This document shows, piece after piece, positions 8,145-15,044 of a stretch of DNA of 37,326 nt. Under the pieces are notes generated by a model that was given only the letters and a program-made list of their open reading frames with translations, had not been told where the DNA came from and made no database searches. Each line of letters starts with the position of its first letter. Position 1 is the stretch's first letter. The stretch is from a virus. The position numbers were made by a program, and so were the translations under genes. Location: IMG/VR virus record IMGVR_UViG_3300025381_000007; one strand, given 5' to 3'.

Positions 8145-8172
8145 AGTATAATACAATTTTAGGAGCCGATCA

Positions 8173-8391
8173 ATGAGCAAGTTAGAACTATTTGGCCGTC
8201 CTTGGACACCATTCGATGCCTATAACAAAGACCATCGTCGTTGGTTCTTTGAGTTCCAAACTCGAAAGACTTGGGGTCATTGCCCAGTCCGTTTCATTAT
8301 TCCCGATGATGGTGGTGATTTGATTACTCTATGCCAACGACGTCTTGTGGACTTCTACAGCAAGAAAGAGTTTGGGCAAACTGAAGGTTGA
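8173..8391 (+). CDS. Hypothetical early protein
   Basis: Promoter + SD; WGHCPVRF motif. Confidence 0.8.
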   Translation: MSKLELFGRPWTPFDAYNKDHRRWFFEFQTRKTWGHCPVRFIIPDDGGDLITLCQRRLVDFYSKKEFGQTEG

Positions 8392-8434
8392 TTATAACGC
8401 TATCTCCTGTTATACTATATAAAAGGAGAAAACG

Positions 8435-8680
8435 ATGAGTTTTACAACATTGAAAACAACACAAAACGAGTTCTTGGAACAACACCTACGTGGTACAGGC
8501 CGCACAATGAGCGCCCGTCAAGCAGAAGTCACATATGGTATCAAGAACATTAGAGCACGAATGACCGAGCTTCGTCAAGCCGGTTTGAAGGTCAATCGCA
8601 CAGTGAACACAGAAGGCCGCAGTGCTTACTCTGTGAGCGCTCGTGACGTCAAAGGTAGCCGAGCTGCTATCTTTGCCTAA
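8435..8680 (+). CDS. Winged helix-turn-helix DNA-binding protein
   Basis: MSARQAEVTYGIKNIRARMTELRQAGLKV plus beta hairpin. Confidence 0.7.
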   Translation: MSFTTLKTTQNEFLEQHLRGTGRTMSARQAEVTYGIKNIRARMTELRQAGLKVNRTVNTEGRSAYSVSARDVKGSRAAIFA

Positions 8681-8681
8681 G

Positions 8682-8797
8682 ATTCGGGGGTAGTGTCCCG
8701 AATAGATCCCGATTGCTCCTCGGGATCAATGTTAGTGTGCCGGGGGTAGTGTCCCGGTTCTGGATAGGGCCGCTCGGGAGAGCCGCCCTATTCTTTT
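8682..8797 (+). ncRNA. Candidate four-hairpin small RNA (3'-UTR-derived) ending in an intrinsic terminator
   Basis: Stems at 8682-8703, 8705-8727, 8739-8758 and 8764-8791 (GGGA tetraloop, TCTTTT tail); identical GGTAGTGT loops in hairpins 1 and 3. Confidence 0.65.
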
Positions 8798-8847
8798 GGT
8801 TGCATTTTGGCTCGTTTGGTTGTATAATATACACATAGGGAAAAGAA

Positions 8848-8982
8848 ATGCAGTATACACTAATCACCCCAAAAGGCCAAATCTTACAATTCTTCCTGAA
8901 AGCAGTGGCCGAGCAGTTCCTACAAGCCTATGGCGGAACTCTAATAACAGACAAGATTTTGGTTGACACTGAGCAAGTTTGA
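8848..8982 (+). CDS. Hypothetical 44-aa early protein
   Basis: Hand-translated MQYTLITPKGQILQFFLKAVAEQFLQAYGG...; own promoter. Confidence 0.7.
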   Translation: MQYTLITPKGQILQFFLKAVAEQFLQAYGGTLITDKILVDTEQV

Positions 8983-9020
8983 CAGTATAATACATACATA
9001 GACAGCAAGGAGCACACACT

Positions 9021-9239
9021 ATGAACGAACGAATCGCAAAACTATATGACCAAGCAACCATTTTAGAAGGCAATGGCGACTACGTGGCAGGTGAGTTGGA
9101 TCCTGTAAAGTTCGCCGAGTTGATTGTGAAAGAATGTGCTCAAGTTGCTAATTTGACTGAAGACTATGATACTGATGATTATAAATCAGGACGGCAGTGG
9201 TCAGCATTTGATATTAAAAACCATTTCGGAGTTGAATGA
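9021..9239 (+). CDS. Hypothetical early protein (MNERI...FAELIV.EC family)
   Basis: Promoter + SD. Confidence 0.8.
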   Translation: MNERIAKLYDQATILEGNGDYVAGELDPVKFAELIVKECAQVANLTEDYDTDDYKSGRQWSAFDIKNHFGVE

Positions 9240-9303
9240 TGATTGGTTGACATCCTGCCCAAACGGCAGTATAATACATACATCGCAACAAGGAGCACAC
9301 ACC

Positions 9304-9600
9304 ATGGATTGGAACTTAGAAGGCAAGCGCATAAACGGTATCTACTTGGGCTTGTTCCCCTACAAGGGTATGGTCATGGAAAGCCGTGTCAAGTACGGTG
9401 GACAAGTTCAGCATACCGTGGCGCTGGACGAGACTATCAAGGTCTTCGGCGAAGTCCGCGAATACATCCTTGTGGATACAGGCACTGGCGAGATCAATCG
9501 CATCCTGGACGAGCAGGACGACATGTTCGATCGTATGACCCCACAAGAGCAAGAAGACTTCATCAACGGCTACGAGTCAGCCAAATATTACGGCGCTTGA
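9304..9600 (+). CDS. Hypothetical early protein
   Basis: Promoter + SD; start MDWNLEG. Confidence 0.8.
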   Translation: MDWNLEGKRINGIYLGLFPYKGMVMESRVKYGGQVQHTVALDETIKVFGEVREYILVDTGTGEINRILDEQDDMFDRMTPQEQEDFINGYESAKYYGA

Positions 9601-9631
9601 CAATACTCCCAAAAGGCAGTATAATACACAC

Positions 9632-9853
9632 ATGAAACAGAAAAAGCAATACCAAATCATGCGAGAGACCACTATGTGGGAGGATGGCCTAATGGACACA
9701 GGGCGTCATGTCTACGTGTTCACAGACTACAAGCCCAACGCACGAGCAGCCACTGTGGTCGCGTTCTCAGGCTTTGGACGCCATCCTGTTCGCAAGTATC
9801 CCAAACCCCTAGTCATTGACCTGCGCGGTCGCACATTCGAGGAAGTAGTATGA
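9632..9853 (+). CDS. Hypothetical early protein (probably leaderless)
   Basis: ATG 6 nt after TATAAT. Confidence 0.75.
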   Translation: MKQKKQYQIMRETTMWEDGLMDTGRHVYVFTDYKPNARAATVVAFSGFGRHPVRKYPKPLVIDLRGRTFEEVV

Positions 9854-10065
9854 ACAAAGAAGAAATCACCGTCACTGGACTTACACCTATCCAAAAGATG
9901 ATCTGCGAACTCCTGTGGAAGATGCCTTCCATGCACGCCGTAGAAGATCTTTGCCGTGCGGGTGGACCAGAATACTATGCCATGCGTGATCTCATGGTAG
10001 CGGCCCATTTTGACCGAGATGACACCCTTCAAGAAGGCCTCAAAGAATGGTTGACAAGCCTTTGA
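9850..10065 (+). CDS. Hypothetical early protein
   Basis: ATGA coupling; SD GAGG. Confidence 0.75.
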   Translation: MNKEEITVTGLTPIQKMICELLWKMPSMHAVEDLCRAGGPEYYAMRDLMVAAHFDRDDTLQEGLKEWLTSL

Positions 10066-10105
10066 AATTCGGTTATAATACACTCATACACACTAAGGAG
10101 CTATC

Positions 10106-10444
10106 ATGTACGACTTTATCCGCCCTATGGAACTGAAAGACGCTATCAACTACCTAGGCGCCTCTCGCAAAGCCTACAACAAGAACACAGGAGAAAAGCT
10201 CTCCTTTAAAGGCGCCTTTGACATGATCGACGAGTGTGCCTGTAATGTGGGCACCAACAAGGACTTGGCCATGATGAAGGCCATCCGAGCTTATATCACA
10301 GCTGAGTTGGAGGAGCGTGAAGCAGAGCTGTGGAAGCTGATGGCATCGGTGGTAGACAAGAACGCCGTTAACAAGATGCTCAAAGATGATACCCTGTTTG
10401 AAGACAGCGACGAATATCAGATGGCTGACGAAGAATGCTATTAA
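10106..10444 (+). CDS. Hypothetical early protein
   Basis: Promoter + SD. Confidence 0.8.
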   Translation: MYDFIRPMELKDAINYLGASRKAYNKNTGEKLSFKGAFDMIDECACNVGTNKDLAMMKAIRAYITAELEEREAELWKLMASVVDKNAVNKMLKDDTLFEDSDEYQMADEECY

Positions 10445-10483
10445 ACGGTTGACAACACCATCAAACTCAGTTATAATACTGAC

Positions 10484-10726
10484 ATGAAACAAAGAAAGGA
10501 AATCAAAATGGATATTTACACTCGTCGCGCTGTATACAAAGTTCTGGGACTGGTTGCTATGAGCTGTGCCGTTGGTGCTTTCACAGCGGCTTTGATCGAC
10601 ATCATTGGCCTCTCAGCAGTGGGCGGCCTATTCACCCTAGCACTCTTAGTCTACCTCTGCTACCACATGGTCGTCAGCGATGCTGAAGCCCAACGCAGTC
10701 AAGCTCGTTTGAAAGAAATGGAATAA
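10484..10726 (+). CDS. Two-helix membrane protein (alternative start 10508)
   Basis: Two hydrophobic segments; promoter. Confidence 0.75.
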   Translation: MKQRKEIKMDIYTRRAVYKVLGLVAMSCAVGAFTAALIDIIGLSAVGGLFTLALLVYLCYHMVVSDAEAQRSQARLKEME

Positions 10727-10730
10727 CACT

Positions 10731-10853
10731 ATGAACAAAACCGCGAAAAGCTCTACCGGCGGCACTATCACTTACACAAAGACTGGTCTGATTCACCGTG
10801 CTGGCCAAGCCTATAGTGGAAAAATCGCACAGCAGGAATCCAAGAAGCGATAA
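10731..10853 (+). CDS. Hypothetical basic 40-aa protein
   Basis: Hand-translated MNKTAKSSTGGTITYTKTGLIHRAG... Confidence 0.6.
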   Translation: MNKTAKSSTGGTITYTKTGLIHRAGQAYSGKIAQQESKKR

Positions 10854-10861
10854 ATAATTTC

Positions 10862-11155
10862 ATGTATATAGTAACCACCACACTGACCCGAGTGACCACA
10901 TCTACTCAGTGGTATGATGATTTTAATCCCGTAGGCTATCAAGGCTATTTGGATTACATAACCACACAGACCGGCTTCATAAGTCTAACTGACGCTAGGC
11001 CCGATGATTTCACTAGGGTCAGGGTTACAACCTTTGACAACCAAGCCAACTACGATGCATTCATGAGCAGTGCCTATCGTAGTGAAGAACTACTAGATCT
11101 AATGACCTATATCTTCCAAGAAGGCATTCAAATCGATCTCAAAGAACCTGAATAA
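10862..11155 (+). CDS. Hypothetical protein, late-promoter class
   Basis: TAAATA 5 nt upstream; no SD. Confidence 0.7.
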   Translation: MYIVTTTLTRVTTSTQWYDDFNPVGYQGYLDYITTQTGFISLTDARPDDFTRVRVTTFDNQANYDAFMSSAYRSEELLDLMTYIFQEGIQIDLKEPE

Positions 11156-11219
11156 AAACGGTTGACACACCCGCCCTTTGACAGTATAATACACACATAC
11201 ACAGCAAGGAGCACACACT

Positions 11220-11417
11220 ATGAAGAATCCCGTCCCCCACAGCTCAATGTTCGCCACTCCCATTAACTTGGAAGCTCTCTTGCTCCAAATTGATACGATT
11301 TCCAACCGGAGTGAGCGAGCCACCGTTATGACCTACGTCATGATGGCCTTGAACACCGCACATAATTTAGTTGAACAAGAACTTGAAAATGTGGTTGACA
11401 TCTTGGAACGTCCGTAG
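11220..11417 (+). CDS. Hypothetical early protein
   Basis: Promoter + SD. Confidence 0.8.
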   Translation: MKNPVPHSSMFATPINLEALLLQIDTISNRSERATVMTYVMMALNTAHNLVEQELENVVDILERP

Positions 11418-11455
11418 TATAATAACACTCATACACACACTAACAAGGAGCTAAG

Positions 11456-11677
11456 ATGTTTAAGACAGATGCACAAGTAGAGTTTGAAAAGATCCTCAAA
11501 GAGTTTTCCGCTGTGACCTACGAAGTCTACGGCAACCATTCCTACGCTACGGGCTACTACGAAAGCCTTATGACTGAGATGTTCCGTAGCTTGAGCAAGA
11601 AGTCACAGCAAGAACTGATCCGTGACATGGACTCAGCTGTAGAACAACAACATGAAAAGATGTTGACACAAGCCTAA
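11456..11677 (+). CDS. Hypothetical early protein
   Basis: Promoter + SD. Confidence 0.8.
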   Translation: MFKTDAQVEFEKILKEFSAVTYEVYGNHSYATGYYESLMTEMFRSLSKKSQQELIRDMDSAVEQQHEKMLTQA

Positions 11678-11723
11678 TCCGGCTGTATAATACATACTTG
11701 TTTAACACACTAAGGAGCACACT

Positions 11724-11903
11724 ATGAAAAACAAACTAACAGTAGCAGAATTGATCGCAATCTTGAGCAAGTTGGATGGCACGATGGAAGTTGAGATTGG
11801 TATGAACCAAGAATACCAACGCGGTATTGATGCTGAAGACATTCGTGTTGAGTCGTTTGATTTCCACAACAACGGCGAGCCGTATGTGTTTATCGGCGAT
11901 TAA
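11724..11903 (+). CDS. Hypothetical 59-aa early protein, related to 6610-6849
   Basis: Hand-translated MKNKLTVAELIAILSKLDGTMEV...VFIGD; promoter + SD. Confidence 0.75.
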   Translation: MKNKLTVAELIAILSKLDGTMEVEIGMNQEYQRGIDAEDIRVESFDFHNNGEPYVFIGD

Positions 11904-11974
11904 CCCTAGAGGTTGACAGAAGTCTAAAAGAGCAGTATAATACACACATGTTAAACACAAAGCAGGAGCAAAAA

Positions 11975-12322
11975 ATGGAACTCACAGCACAGCAAGTAGA
12001 AGCTATCGTTCAAGACGCTATGATCACGGCCCGCGAGGCAGCACAGCGAGCCTTGGCCCAACACGGCGACGCAGATGCCTGTGGCTTTGCTTGGGTCAAC
12101 ATCTGGGAACACAATGGTAAGAAGATCCGTGCTAACAGCAAGCTCGGTAAGGCGCTCATTGCGGCAGGTGTTCGCAAGGACTACACGGGCGCCTACTGCC
12201 TGTGGAACCCCAGCAAGTTGGGTGTGCAAAGCATGGGCATACTAGAAGCAGGCGCATACGCAGCCGCAGAAGTATTCAAGCTCAACGGATTTACTGCCTA
12301 CGCTGGCAGTCGTATGGACTAA
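11975..12322 (+). CDS. Conserved phage hypothetical protein (CGFAWV family; alternative start 11948)
   Basis: DACGFAWV motif; SD AGGAG. Confidence 0.8.
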   Translation: MELTAQQVEAIVQDAMITAREAAQRALAQHGDADACGFAWVNIWEHNGKKIRANSKLGKALIAAGVRKDYTGAYCLWNPSKLGVQSMGILEAGAYAAAEVFKLNGFTAYAGSRMD

Positions 12323-12340
12323 CTGATAAAAAGGGTTTGG

Positions 12341-12375
12341 TCCCCCGTTGAGCTAGGCTCCGGGGGATTTTTTTT
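12341..12375 (+). terminator. Rho-independent terminator closing the early island
   Basis: TCCCCCG-TT-GAGC-TAG-GCTC-CGGGGGA + T8. Confidence 0.85.
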
Positions 12376-12433
12376 GACTGGAGGTGGTGGTGTGGTTGGG
12401 CATGGTGGGGGCTTTCAGGTGTATACGCTAAAC

Positions 12434-12451
12434 TGTTGTAAAAATACAACA
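12434..12451. promoter_or_regulatory. Palindromic operator-like site (copy 3)
   Basis: TGTTGT-AAAAAT-ACAACA. Confidence 0.55.
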
Positions 12452-12467
12452 ATCGCTTGCCAAATCT

Positions 12468-12586
12468 TTCTAAAACTTCTTCTAAAACTTCTTCTAAAAC
12501 TTCTTCTAAAACTTCTTCTAAAACTTCTTCTAAAACTTCTTCTAAAACTTCTTCTAAAACTTCTTCTAAAACTTCTTCTAAAACTT
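12468..12586. repeat. Tandem array of about 10 x TTCTAAAACTTC
   Basis: Nine perfect 12-mers plus one 11/12 copy. Confidence 0.97.
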
Positions 12587-12779
12587 TCACCACTAAAAAA
12601 CTCGACTTAGAGTAAAACCACCTAGATCTAGATCTGGAAACCACTTTTTTACTGCGCCCTAATTTTTTAGCTACTATATAGACCGGTGTCCCTGCACAAT
12701 CTCAGATCTAAAAATTTTTTAGCAGAATTTTTTAAATACTGTATATAGATTTTTTGGGAAAGGTGTCGATACACACGCT

Positions 12780-13100
12780 ATGAGTCATGATACTGATGAT
12801 TTCTCACATAGGCACGGGCCAACGTCCCGTATGCTTTGGGACCGTTGGCCCTCGCTACCATTCCACGCTGTAGCTCCTTGGCCACACATAGAAGATCCAC
12901 GCCACCTAGGGCAAGGGGATTGGGTCAATCAAGTCAATACAGTGGAATCATGGTTAGATCAGTACATAGGGCGTCACTATGTGGATTGGACTTGGGACAT
13001 GTGGTCGCTCAAGCAGGCCTTTTACTGTGGAGTGGCTTTTAGGGAAAGCCGTAGTGTTACGCTGTTTTTACTGCGTTTTGGCTCAGTTGCCCCCACTTAG
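12780..13100 (+). CDS. Hypothetical Trp-rich protein (C-terminal FLLRFG motif)
   Basis: 106-aa ORF. Confidence 0.65.
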   Translation: MSHDTDDFSHRHGPTSRMLWDRWPSLPFHAVAPWPHIEDPRHLGQGDWVNQVNTVESWLDQYIGRHYVDWTWDMWSLKQAFYCGVAFRESRSVTLFLLRFGSVAPT

Positions 13101-13906
13101 TGTGCTAGATCTATGCCCCCACCGTATCTTGCTATCAGTGCTTGTTGCTGTGTTTGATAAGTTGTGAGATACTGTCTTGCACCTTCTGGTGTAGCCATGC
13201 CAGTTATTTCACTTAGTTGTGCCAGTACAGAGTCACTGTTTTGCCATATGTCTCTACTGGCAATAGTCCACACACGATCCCCGTACTGGCCAGCTATCTG
13301 TGGATTCACAAACAGTTCACTGCGATTGATCGGCCATCGACGCATCAAATCCCTGGGATATTCACGTATATAACGACCCAAGTCTTCACTGGTGACTTCC
13401 AAGGGAGAACTATAAGCGCTGAATATTTGGGGGATTCTAGTTTGTAAATCACTCCATATTGTTTGAACTTTAGTGCCTTGATCGTCATACTGCCATGTCT
13501 GTACTAGATCTTTATACCAAAGGTTAAAGTCCAACAAGGGCCACGACTCCTGATCCACTGTGACTATTATGACCTTGCCTAAAGGCCAACGATCAAAGTA
13601 CTCCCTGTACAAGGGCACATTGTTGATGATGAAAATACAGGGTCTAGTGCTATCCCTGGGATCGATCAAGGCACTGATCCAGTTAATGCCCTGTGCATAC
13701 GTGGTCAAAGGCACGCCCTGTCCCTCTCCCCAGTTATTCAGCTGTTCATTGTGGCCGATGTGACTGTTGTTGAAAGCACTGGGTTTGAATGATAGACCTA
13801 GATCACCGTTGACATAGTAGTGCAACAGGGTGTTAACGGTACTGCCGCCTGATCCCGGAGTGTGTGCTATGAGATAGCAGGGTGTATTGGGCCAAGTAGT
13901 ATTCAT
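13097..13906 (-). CDS. Divergent sulfotransferase-like (P-loop fold) protein
   Basis: N-terminal IAHTPGSGGSTV; C-terminal TIASRDIWQNSDSVLAQLSEITG; paralog at 36239. Confidence 0.5.
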   Translation of the reverse strand: MNTTWPNTPCYLIAHTPGSGGSTVNTLLHYYVNGDLGLSFKPSAFNNSHIGHNEQLNNWGEGQGVPLTTYAQGINWISALIDPRDSTRPCIFIINNVPLYREYFDRWPLGKVIIVTVDQESWPLLDFNLWYKDLVQTWQYDDQGTKVQTIWSDLQTRIPQIFSAYSSPLEVTSEDLGRYIREYPRDLMRRWPINRSELFVNPQIAGQYGDRVWTIASRDIWQNSDSVLAQLSEITGMATPEGARQYLTTYQTQQQALIARYGGGIDLAH

Positions 13907-14067
13907 ATGTATGGTGGTGGTGGTGTAGTGTGGTGTGTTTGGAGTTTTTGTTTATATACGCACTATTAATTATCCCCCTGCGGGCCTTCGTTAACTGACT
14001 ATATAACTAGGGTGTGTAAAAATCTGCACCGGGATTTTTTGGCGCTTCGCGCTTTGCGGGCAGCGTT

Positions 14068-14790
14068 TTAGGCCTTGACCGGACCGCCACGATGTCCGAT
14101 TAAGAGATAGTAGTAGGGATTACGATCAATGTCAAAGTTTTCACAGGGCACTTCTTTGATGACTTCCAAGCCCGCGGCTTCGATCATGGGATCAAATATG
14201 CTGCGGGGGCCGGCGCCTGAGTTGCCGTTTTCACAGATCCAAATCACACCGTCGGGTCTAAGATAACGGGGCACACTGCGAAAAAACTCCCTATGCGCTT
14301 CCCATCCCCAATCACTGAGCACACGGATGTCATCAGCGTTTTGTCGGGGATTGATGTCTGCGCTGTGCGGAGGATTACCAATGATCAAATCATACTGCTC
14401 GGACTCGGGCAAGTCCTGTATTTCACTGATGTGGAAAACACTCACACGGCCCTGCGTGTCTAGACCATCCATGTTGTTATAGGGTGCGTTCACAGTGGCA
14501 TTGGCATAGATCAGTGCAGGTGCATGTATGTCCGCTAGAGCCATGGTGCGAGCCATGCCCCAATCCATGATTTCAAATCCACAGTAGCCCGGACCACAAC
14601 ACCACTCTAACACTCGGTCAAACACACGGTCGGGAAATAGGGGTTTGAGCAAACGAGGAAACTCACTGCCCCACTTGCGGCCGCCACCGTCTAGACCCTC
14701 GGTGTCATAGACACGGTATTTTTGATTTGTGGTCACATAGTAGGGACTGGTCTCGTAGTCAATTTGGCTGGTGGTAGGAATAGTAATCAT
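14068..14790 (-). CDS. Class I SAM-dependent methyltransferase (HemK/PrmC-like NPPx type)
   Basis: VLEWCCGPG, LADI and YDLIIGNPPH motifs; start set 8 nt after TAAATA. Confidence 0.8.
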   Translation of the reverse strand: MITIPTTSQIDYETSPYYVTTNQKYRVYDTEGLDGGGRKWGSEFPRLLKPLFPDRVFDRVLEWCCGPGYCGFEIMDWGMARTMALADIHAPALIYANATVNAPYNNMDGLDTQGRVSVFHISEIQDLPESEQYDLIIGNPPHSADINPRQNADDIRVLSDWGWEAHREFFRSVPRYLRPDGVIWICENGNSGAGPRSIFDPMIEAAGLEVIKEVPCENFDIDRNPYYYLLIGHRGGPVKA

Positions 14791-14798
14791 AGTATCAT

Positions 14799-14832
14799 TA
14801 TTTATTATGTGGGTATTTAACTTCAATAAATA
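14799..14832. promoter_or_regulatory. Back-to-back divergent late promoters
   Basis: TATTTA 14799-14804 and TAAATA 14827-14832. Confidence 0.65.
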
Positions 14833-14840
14833 TTGACATC

Positions 14841-15044
14841 ATGATCAACGTACAAGTAAAACCCTATAAAGTAACCATAGACCTGACCATAACATCGGGC
14901 AACGAAGTCAGCGCCCAGGCTGTGGCTCAACAGATTGTTGAGTATGCTGCCCTACATCCGCGCATTGACCAAATCACTGCGGCCACGGTGCAGGTCAGTG
15001 ATCAAGCTAGTCCTAACTCAATACCCCCGGAACTAAGAGCCTGA
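14841..15044 (+). CDS. Hypothetical protein
   Basis: 67 aa after TAAATA. Confidence 0.6.
   Translation: MINVQVKPYKVTIDLTITSGNEVSAQAVAQQIVEYAALHPRIDQITAATVQVSDQASPNSIPPELRA

Larger units (their letters stand above)
8978..11224 (+). repeat. 48-bp near-identical promoter/leader direct repeat (8978-9025 and 11177-11224)
   Basis: 46 of 48 positions identical. Confidence 0.9.
3798..11941 (+). promoter_or_regulatory. Array of 22 consensus sigma70 early promoters with shared CA-rich/AGGAG leader
   Basis: -35 hexamers (mostly TTGACA, each 17 nt from TATAAT/TACAAT/TATACT) start at 3798, 4123, 4386, 4638, 5405, 5817, 6299, 6554, 6846, 7571, 8124, 8388, 8800, 8963, 9247, 9597, 10051, 10449, 11162, 11395, 11663 and 11913. 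Confidence 0.92.

Noticed and set aside
8682-8797. tRNA or CsrB-type RNA on the + strand
   Set aside because: Hairpins are serial with no acceptor stem or T-loop, and apart from the terminator tetraloop the loops lack GGA.
4780-9303. Longest-ORF starts at 4780, 5405, 6295 and 9166
   Set aside because: They run through promoters or upstream genes; SD-preceded ATGs at 4828, 5462, 6349 and 9304 are preferred.
4218-12229. Minus-strand ORFs within the early island (e.g. 7019-7531, 7532-8065)
   Set aside because: Antisense to genes with clear promoters and SDs, and they lack their own signals.
12468-12586. CRISPR array
   Set aside because: Contiguous 12-mers with no spacers, and no cas genes.
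12291-12644. ORFs encoding (VLEE)n or (KLLL)n
   Set aside because: By-products of a stop-free 12-bp repeat; no SD, and one starts inside a terminator.
14030-14067. Terminator after the methyltransferase
   Set aside because: Short ambiguous GC stems and no U-tract in the gene's orientation.
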